Shown: positions 56,276 through 64,000 of the stretch, one piece after another
Layout: the number at the start of each line of letters is the position of its first letter
How positions within the stretch are numbered: position 1 is the stretch's first letter
Origin: a virus
Length of the DNA stretch: 64,000 nucleotides
Strand: one strand, 5' to 3'
IMG/VR virus record: IMGVR_UViG_3300045988_113168
Program-made: the position numbers and the translations under genes
Notes under the pieces: model-generated
The model's input: only the letters and a program-made list of their open reading frames with translations
Databases searched by the model: none
Told to the model about the DNA's origin: nothing

Positions 56276-57361
56276 CTATAGGTTTTTCATAAAAGAACTA
56301 AGAGAGGAAAAACGATCCAATGCTTCATTATAGGTATATTCTTTTCCGTCGGAATAATATTTAATGCTTGTTTCCGTATAGCCTAAGAATTTTTGGTTTT
56401 TGTCATATGCTATAATTCTAGCAATATATCCATCAGCCGATATTTCGACTGACTTTAAATCACTTGCCGGGATTAGATTAGTGCTCATTGAGATGTTATC
56501 TGTAGTAAATACTCCACTTTGACTAACATAGCCATTTGACCAGTTGGGCAATAAGAGCAAATCGTTTGATAAATCAACTTGTTTTTCATAAATAGTCATC
56601 CATGTGGTATCTAAAGGCTTTTTGCGCTTAAACCGAAGATGAGTAATGTCACTCTTCACATTGGCTGGATATTTTGCAAAAAGGTTAATACAACCACGCC
56701 ATTTATCGTTTCCTGCATCAAAAATTACTCCATCAATTTGTTCACTATATTTCGTCTTAAACTGTTTGAACCCAGTATCAAGCTGGTAACCTCCAATTGA
56801 TTCTGCTTTAGCACGAACATAATAAACGCTATTATTGTCAAGGCCATCAACATAAAAACTCTTCATAGAGTCACGGTGATAAAAACATTGTGACTTTTTG
56901 ATTTCGTTTTTATTAGAGTCATAAAGATAATATTCATATCTATTGATAACTTCACCCTCAGCCGTTTTGTAGGTATAATCACAATCAAAAGAGTATGAAG
57001 GTGTAAAGATAATTTTAGAAGAGGAAATGTCGGAGAATGCCCTGAATTTAATGGAAGGTTTCTCGTGACAATAAAACAGAATCTTGTCACTATATTCGCT
57101 GAAAGTGTTCGTACCAGTTAATCTGCAACGAATCATGATATAATAAGGGTCATGCTGATTTACAAGGACCCCACCTTTAATTACAAATTGTCGAGCTAGG
57201 CCAGTTCCAGTGGGAGCTACTGTGCCAAATTTATAAACAGTGCTATCTTTTGACTTGAAGACGATATAGGCAACTAAGTCAATATCGGCATATGCTCCGA
57301 ACTGGAATGAAGCGTCTTCGTTAGCACTAAATACATTGATTTTTGATAGAATTGGTTTCAC
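56276..57361 (-). CDS. tail protein with beta-sandwich repeats; ends in TAG
   Basis: GTG start after a GGAGGTG RBS. The terminator codon at 56276-56278 is TAG. Confidence 0.6.
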   Translation of the reverse strand: MKPILSKINVFSANEDASFQFGAYADIDLVAYIVFKSKDSTVYKFGTVAPTGTGLARQFVIKGGVLVNQHDPYYIMIRCRLTGTNTFSEYSDKILFYCHEKPSIKFRAFSDISSSKIIFTPSYSFDCDYTYKTAEGEVINRYEYYLYDSNKNEIKKSQCFYHRDSMKSFYVDGLDNNSVYYVRAKAESIGGYQLDTGFKQFKTKYSEQIDGVIFDAGNDKWRGCINLFAKYPANVKSDITHLRFKRKKPLDTTWMTIYEKQVDLSNDLLLLPNWSNGYVSQSGVFTTDNISMSTNLIPASDLKSVEISADGYIARIIAYDKNQKFLGYTETSIKYYSDGKEYTYNEALDRFSSLSSFMKNL

Positions 57362-57376
57362 TGTATCACCTCCAAG

Positions 57377-58675
57377 TTAATCAGATGTTGTAACATAACA
57401 AAGCGCACCCTCAGAGTTTACTTTCAATCCAAGAGTGCTTAAAACGCTGTCAGCAGTGATTGCTTCGACTTTTTTGGTCAACTCATTATAGTGAGCTTTT
57501 TCTGTCCTACTTAGACCGCCAAAATTGGCTGCCAAAGCGCTAATGTCATTTTTGTTTGTGGTGACCTGTGTTTTTGTTGTCGCATATTCATCGTTTTTGA
57601 ATGTACTTAAATCAGAAGAAACATCATCAATCCTTTTATTTAAAGAAGCATAATCGTCAGATTCTTTTGTTTGCAAATTATGTATGTCCGCCTCATTGGT
57701 AGACACACGGTCTTGCAATGCGACAAAATCGTTCTTTTTAAAATAGTCAAGATCTATATCTGTAGAACCAACTGATTTTTTTAATTCCGCATAATCTTCC
57801 GCTTCTTTTGTTTCAAGACTTGCCACACGGTCGTTTACGGTATTTGCAGTTGTATCGTCTGTGTATTTTGTGGCTTTCTTCCAATCACTATGAGAATAAG
57901 AGCCAGTCGCTCCCTGTGCAGAAGTACAGATATATAAATCGCCATTACTGCCCAAAAACCATAAGTCACCAACATTATATGGAGGAGCAGGAACGGAACT
58001 GAAAACTTGACACTTGCTGTCGGCAGTATTTTGTGCAAGAGCGGCAGAAGCGAGCGCATTGATAATACTTGCGTCAATTATCTCATACCACATATATTCT
58101 CTTTTTGACTCAGTACTATTGGCCGCTTCTATCCACCGATAGCATTTTCCAGTATCAATATCATAATAAATCTCGTTTACATGATGCCCTTCCGTATGTC
58201 GTTTTACCCATTCTACAGCAGGCGCATTCTCTTTCGTCGGGACCCCATGTCCGTAGTTTGTCTTAATGGTGCCGCTGATTTGAGCTTGAGTGTTTTTGTT
58301 AGTCGATTCTGTCTGATTGATTAAATTGGAGAGATTTGTATCAATTTTATCGACGTTATTTGATAAATCACTCAAGTCCGAAGAAATCGTTCGCACCTTG
58401 GCAGCTTCCAGACTTTGATTTCCTTCAGTCAAAATAATATTTCGAAAATTCTTTTGCATTGCGGTGACAACGAGTTTTTGGCCGACTTCATAATCACGAT
58501 TTGTAATCACGACATATTCGCCACCAAATGCGGCAATTTTATAGGTGTATCCATTTTTAGATGTAATAACACCGTAAGAAGAAACATCAAATTGCGCGTT
58601 CGCCACTGCACTCTTAGCGGCAGAAGAAATGGCCTCAACTAATACATCTGTTGCACTTTTACTTGTGTTTGACAC
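57377..58675 (-). CDS. minor tail/structural protein
   Basis: GTG start after a GGAGGTG RBS. Coiled-coil. PTKENAPAVEW...YRW...PPYNVGDLW motif common in Firmicutes phage tail proteins. Confidence 0.6.
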   Translation of the reverse strand: MSNTSKSATDVLVEAISSAAKSAVANAQFDVSSYGVITSKNGYTYKIAAFGGEYVVITNRDYEVGQKLVVTAMQKNFRNIILTEGNQSLEAAKVRTISSDLSDLSNNVDKIDTNLSNLINQTESTNKNTQAQISGTIKTNYGHGVPTKENAPAVEWVKRHTEGHHVNEIYYDIDTGKCYRWIEAANSTESKREYMWYEIIDASIINALASAALAQNTADSKCQVFSSVPAPPYNVGDLWFLGSNGDLYICTSAQGATGSYSHSDWKKATKYTDDTTANTVNDRVASLETKEAEDYAELKKSVGSTDIDLDYFKKNDFVALQDRVSTNEADIHNLQTKESDDYASLNKRIDDVSSDLSTFKNDEYATTKTQVTTNKNDISALAANFGGLSRTEKAHYNELTKKVEAITADSVLSTLGLKVNSEGALCYVTTSD

Positions 58676-58692
58676 TTTCTTTCACCTCCAAG

Positions 58693-58737
58693 AAAAATAT
58701 AAAAGCCGACCCGCTGGGGAAACTCAGTGGTATCGGC
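58693..58737 (-). terminator. hairpin plus U-tract after the tape-measure gene
   Basis: On the - strand: GCCGAUACC...GGGUCGGC followed by UUUUAUAUUUUU. Confidence 0.4.
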
Positions 58738-58759
58738 ATTGTGTTTTTATATCCTCTAT

Positions 58760-61700
58760 TTAATTTCGCTTACTCATTTTTTGAGAAAGTTTGTTGGGAA
58801 GATTGCGGACAATTTCGTTTGCCAAATCTTCTGCTCCACCAACAGGGTTCTGAATAACAATATCTCCAATGGAAATATCAATATTAGAACCGCCGTTAGA
58901 AGATAGTGAAGCCGTTCCGTACTTAGACATCTGATCCTGGAACCAAGCATCTGGATTGCCACCCATCTCGAAGAGACGAGAAGTAATATCTGCAGGAACG
59001 ACTCCATCGCCGGTTTCAAGATAAGTATAACGTCCAGCTTGCGGTTGACGAACCAGAAGCTCAGAACCTTGCTCGTCAACATTATACTTGCCGGATTTTT
59101 GAATGCTTCGAGAACCAGAAGCTTTTTTACCAGTGATTTTTTCTTTAATTTTGTCAACAAAACTCTTTTTCTCAGAAGAACTACTGGAACTATTAGAAGA
59201 TTTGCTAGACGAAGTAGAAGAACTCTTGTCTTTATCCCGAGAACTACTAGAAGAACTACTCTTACCCGTAACTGCATTATAAGCACTCTGAACGCCGTTC
59301 TTAATACTACTAACAATATTAGAACCAGTCTTCCATGCAGAAGAATTAGTGATTTTATCTTTGGTGGAACTTATAGCATTGTTTACCTTACTTCCTACCG
59401 TAGAGTTGTCCCATTTCTCTTTGACATTAGAAGCAATTTCTTTAGTCGTAGTTACTAATCCACTGACAGCGTTGTTTACTTTGCCGCCGAGCCAAGAATT
59501 GTTCCATGCGTTTTTTGCACTACTAACTGCGTTGCTTCCAACTTCATAGATGTCTTTACCAAGCTCTAACAAGCTCTTACCGCCAGAAACAGTCGTGGGA
59601 GTACCACTGCCGCCACCAGAAGACAAACTACTCGAAGATGTGGAACTATTGCTGGTAGTATTTTTGGTAGTAGGAGTTGTCTGACCTTTATCGTACAGAT
59701 CGTTTCCAATCGTACCAAAACTATCACGAATAGAAGAAATAGTGTTATCGCAACTCTTAGTGATGCTATCATAAGCTTTCCCCATGACCCACGTAATATT
59801 TTCACTAAGATCGATAGCACCGGGCTCAACATTCTTCCAGGCATTTGCCATTTGGTCAGGGAGAACTTTATTCAAAGTCTCTTCACTCTTGGATTCGATT
59901 GTACTATATGCGCCATTGATTGTGCTTTGAGTATTATCGGCCAAGTCACGGACACCGCTTTCGGCCATGCCCCAGCTGCTATCGAAACAAGCTCGCATAT
60001 CATAGAGCATCTTTTCGGTATCACCGGTGGTATCAGCCCAAGCTTTAGAAATAGTAGACTCCGTTTTAGCACTCAGGTTGCGGATACCACCACCACACTG
60101 ATTCCAACTATTCTTCATCTTACTAGAGATGGAATCCATTGCATTAGAACAGCTATCTTTCATAGAATTGAAAGAGTTCGCCATTTTATTAGCGTTAGAC
60201 TCACTCATCTCGTCAGTCATAGATGCCATTTTGTTAAAACCAGCAGTATATGTGTTTTGCATTGACTGGAACAGTTTTTTCGTGATACCCTCGACCTGTT
60301 CTGCGTTCAGTGCGGTATTGTCTCCGATAGCGGCATAGGTATCTTTAACCAGCTTCTGCATATTGCTATACATTTCTTTACTGGTTGCATCAATCTGATC
60401 GTCGCTCAAACCAACCTCTTTTGCCATATCCTTCCATGTCTTCTCAAACTGAGATTTCATAGAATCAAGCTGGGCAAGTGTGTTGGATTTGGAAGAAGAA
60501 ATGAGATTGTCAAGAGGATTACCTGTACTACTATTACCAAAGCCAAAGAATTTACTAATTGAATCCTTTATTAAGCTTCCGCTATTTATTAAGCCTCCGC
60601 CGTTTATTACGCTTCCGATATTCTTTATCTTATCAAACCATTTCGAAATCGAAGAGTTTTGACCAGAAGAGTTTATAGTGGACTTGGTTTTATCTGCGAA
60701 TGTAGTAAACTTTAAATTCAACCCGCCTAGAGTCTTAACGCTCTTTGAAAGCAGCGTAGGAATAAGGCCGGTCTTATTATCATCACGAATATCGTCAACG
60801 GCCTCAACTACTTCATCAACTTTAGAGTCAATGGCAGTGTTTTTGCGAGCTTGAGGCGCAGAAGTAATAGTCGTATATCCGCTGGAAGCAGCAGAGTTGC
60901 GAGAGCTAGGTATTTTAGAGGCTACGTTCTTGACCCAGCCGATAGGATTCTTGGCGATTCCCATTAAAGTCGCGGTTTGTTTTGCGGGGATAACTCCGTC
61001 ACCTTTTTCGAGTTGAGTCAGGCGTCCCTTCTCGGGGGAGCGAACGATTATCTCTTCGCCTTCCTCATCGACATTATAAGTACCAGCCTTTTCGACTTTC
61101 TTAGTACCTTTAGCAAATCCAAACAGTTTACCAACCCAGCGAATTGGAGCAGTCACAATGTGTCCGATTGTACCAAGTAAGCCGCGTTTCTTTGTACCAT
61201 CGCTAGATGTGCCACCAAACAAGAATTTTCCAATGCCACTAACGGCTTTAGTGATCGTTTTGCCAATACTCTTAACTATTTTACCAAGAGTTTTGCCAAT
61301 ACCAGTTACAGCTTTCCCGATAGTGGAACCGATTTTTGCGAGACCGTTTGTAAATGAGCCGCCACCGATTGCACTGACAGCAAGCGTGCCGCCAAGGAGA
61401 ATCGTACCGATGACAGGAATATGACTGACTGCAGCCGCAATAGTTCCAGCGACACCAGTACCACCTGCAGTACCTACAGCGGCAGTTACCGTTCGACCAA
61501 TTCCTTTGAAAATACCAGCAATACCAGAAAACAGCTTGGTTCCACCCAATGTAGTACCGATGCCACCGAAAATTGAGCCAAGCCCACCAACCGCTTTTTG
61601 GGCAATAGATGCGACTCCACTGAATCCCTTCTGGAAGATTGACATTAGACCGCCACTGCCAGAGAAAATTCCCTGTGCTGCAGAGACTACAGTCGTTTTT

Positions 61701-64000
61701 ACATTGCCAAGAGATTTTACAATAGCCTGTCCTAGTTTAGAAATCTAACTAGTGCTCTCTCCAAGGAACCCTTTTGCTGCAGCGTACTTATTAGAGCCTC
61801 CAACGCCAAGGAAGCTCTTTCCTGCGTCCAAGAGGCGTCCCCAGAATCCTTTACCAGAACTCTTATCAGAGAACGTACCAACCGCACGCTGCAGACGATT
61901 CTACAGACCCGTAATTCCACCGTTCTGAGTAGAACCATTCAGATTGCCAAGCACGTCTCCGAGCTTAGTCAGTGTATCAATCAGTGTCTCAAGCTTGGTG
62001 ATAACATTAGAAACATTAGTTGCTCGCTGGACCGCCTTCATATTGGAGACAACAGAGGCCATAAATCCATCGTAGTGACCTTCCATCTCTGCAAAAGTCA
62101 TAGCCTCGAACTGAGACGTATATTTCAGTTTCTTCTGATAGTCGTCCCAGCTTGTGCCAATAAGGTTAGTGGCTTCCTGAACCTTATCTTTGAGCTTGTT
62201 CAGCCGGTCGATTTCTTCCTGTTTCTTATACTCACGGCGTTTGCTGTTGAGGTCACTCTGAGCGTCACGAACTGTACTTGCATCAGCCTCCCACTCGTAA
62301 CCATTCTCGCCATAGACGCGAGTGGTCTTATTGGCCTGTGCTTTCGCGAGAGCATCCTCGGCTTTTTGCAGTTCAATCGCACGCTCTTGAGCATCATTCT
62401 GCTCATTCAGCGCGTCGATACGTTTGTCGATAACATCAATCCATGCATCACCCTGAATCTTCAGGTCGTTGGACTTTTTATCATTGAGCTTATTGAAAAT
62501 ATCAAGCAGTGAAGAGAAAAGGTCTTTAAGGTTAGAGATGACAGACTGTAACTTTTGAGCCTCAGTACCCATCCCCTTCATATGGTCGGTAACATCCCAA
62601 GTACCATTTGCTACCTTTTCAAGAATTTCGGCGTAACGATCTCCGAGGTCAGTACCCTTATATGTTTCTGCAAGGACTTTTAGCTGCTCAATGTAAAGGT
62701 CTCTAAAGGCTTCCTTGTTAAAGACGAGTTTCCCGCCTTCTTCTTTAAGGCAAGCCGCATACTTTGGATTAAGAGACATATACTTCTGGATGGTATCTTG
62801 ACTTAATTCTCCATAAGCGTTATACTCATCTACAATATCAAACAAATCGTTGAATGCACTCTGGTAGTCATCCATTGAATTATTGATTTTGCTAAGAGTA
62901 CTTCCGATTCCGTTAATATAATCCTCAATGCTGAGTGCATTGCTTGCAATCTTATTCTTTGCATCTTCAAAGCCCTTGGCAAGATATGTTCCAGCGGCTC
63001 CGCCAGTCTCCTTACAAGCTGCAATCATCTTGTCGAGACTATCAAGGAACATATCCTTAAAAGCGTCGCTGTTGTAATCAATATCTCCAGTCTCGGGATT
63101 CAATGCCCCAGCGTACTTGTCATTCGTAAACAAGTCTGTGTTATCATATAGGTCACGAATTGCCTGATACTTTTTCTCAACATCGTCAGAATCTAGCAGT
63201 CCAAACGGATTGTCAATCTTGTTTTTGCTAACATCGGACAGCCCAGAGAATGCGGATTTTATAGCGTCTGTCTTTTCTTTGGCATCTGCCATCGCGGTGC
63301 CGTAGCCCTTGATGGCATCAGTTAACTGCTCAAAAGAAATGGTTTCGGAATCGACACTAGAGTTCAACCAGTCAAGAATCTTCTTCATCTCGCCAGCAGA
63401 CTTGCCACCATCATTAGCTGCATTCGCTTCCTCAAGCTGCGCTCTGACAAAAGTGCGGAATTTTGCGGTATTAAGTTCAAGTTTTCCATTTTGCTCAGTT
63501 AAGCAAGCAGTAAACTTATCATCAACACCGATTAACGACTTCATGGTGTCTGCACTAATATAGCCATATTGGTTATATTCTTTCATCGCTTTTGTTAAGG
63601 TATCAAATGCGGATGCAATATCAGATACAGACTTCGCGGTAGATTTATTGTTCTTGTTGGTCTTATTTGTCGGGAACCCATTAAGCTGATTTGTTAGTTT
63701 TTGTCCACCCCTTAGAGCAGCGTTCATATTGGTGTACAACAGAGAAAGCTGAGTATTTGTGCGATTCGTGATTTCCTCTAGCTTTGCAGGATCTACACCG
63801 CGTTCACCTGCTTTTTCGACTTCGTTCGCAAACTCTTGAGCCGCGCTATATGTAGCGGTTGCCGCAGTAGCATTTTTCAAAGCGGGGAGAAGATTCTCAA
63901 GAGCAGTCTTTTCGGCCTTGGTTTTCTCTTTTAGGTTATCAGTGCTTTCAGCTGTGTCATCGGCAGTAAGGTTTGCAACCTCATGTTGTGCATTAGAAAG
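58760..64000 (-). CDS. tail tape-measure protein, 5' end off-window, containing two in-frame TAG codons
   Basis: A single frame is open from 64000 to 58760 apart from TAG at 61901-61903 and 61745-61747. Helical N-terminal half, Gly/Lys IGK repeats, a Ser-rich tract, and the duplicated motif YNVDE.G.E..VR.P..GR.T.LE.GDGV.PA. Confidence 0.85.

Noticed and set aside
59150-59270. A Ser-rich low-complexity stretch and repeated AGT/AGA/ACT triplets could be a tandem repeat or a CRISPR-like array.
   Set aside because: The stretch is in frame inside the tape-measure gene (SSSSSSRDKDKSSSTSSSKSSNSSSSSSEKK). There is no repeat-spacer periodicity.
38676-64000. I searched the fibre region for a diversity-generating retroelement (reverse transcriptase plus TR/VR repeat pair).
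   Set aside because: No reverse-transcriptase-like ORF is present in the window. I could find no near-identical ~100-bp repeat with adenine-specific differences. The only fibre duplication (40790..41056 versus the 3' end of 41072..42580) is diverged at the protein level.

Overview
This window looks entirely phage-derived: part of a large temperate siphovirus or prophage of a low-GC Gram-positive (Clostridia/Bacilli-like) host. That host guess rests on AGGAGG-type RBSs and TTGACA/TATAAT promoters. Nt 1-38620 (+ strand) carries about 70 tightly packed early and middle genes. They include a replication module: Sak4-like ATPase, DnaB-like helicase, Toprim primase, RecJ-like DHH exonuclease, PolIII-alpha DnaE, a RecD-like SF1 helicase interrupted by an intein, and an ATP-dependent ligase. 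They also include a nucleotide-metabolism set (ThyX, NrdD, NrdG, dUTPase, FolD, MazG-like), many small Zn-ribbon, membrane or unknown ORFs, and then a Tn916-type Xis/Int pair. Downstream of int is a repeat-rich attP-like region and a separately promoted 3-gene cassette of unknown function. Nt 38676-64000 (- strand) is the late module. In transcription order it holds the tape measure (5' end off-window), tail/baseplate proteins, a 2257-aa LRR/CotH-like/Flg_new distal tail protein, at least five fibre-like genes, an XkdX-like gene, holin, M15 endolysin and a small SH3-like ORF. I found no rRNA, tRNA or CRISPR array. The most unusual signal is five in-frame TAG codons in late genes: two in the tape measure, one in a lysis-cassette gene, and two joining a 361-aa ORF to the Dit-like ORF. 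TAG is also almost never used as a terminator among the roughly 90 stops I read. Together these suggest amber suppression or TAG recoding of late genes. Other signals are an intein in the helicase P-loop and two consensus-promoter plus roughly 100-nt plus terminator modules (small RNA or attenuator candidates), one of them antisense to the late operon just upstream of the lysis genes. Operator-like inverted repeats also overlap consensus promoters. All calls come from reading the sequence and ORF translations by eye; no searches were run.
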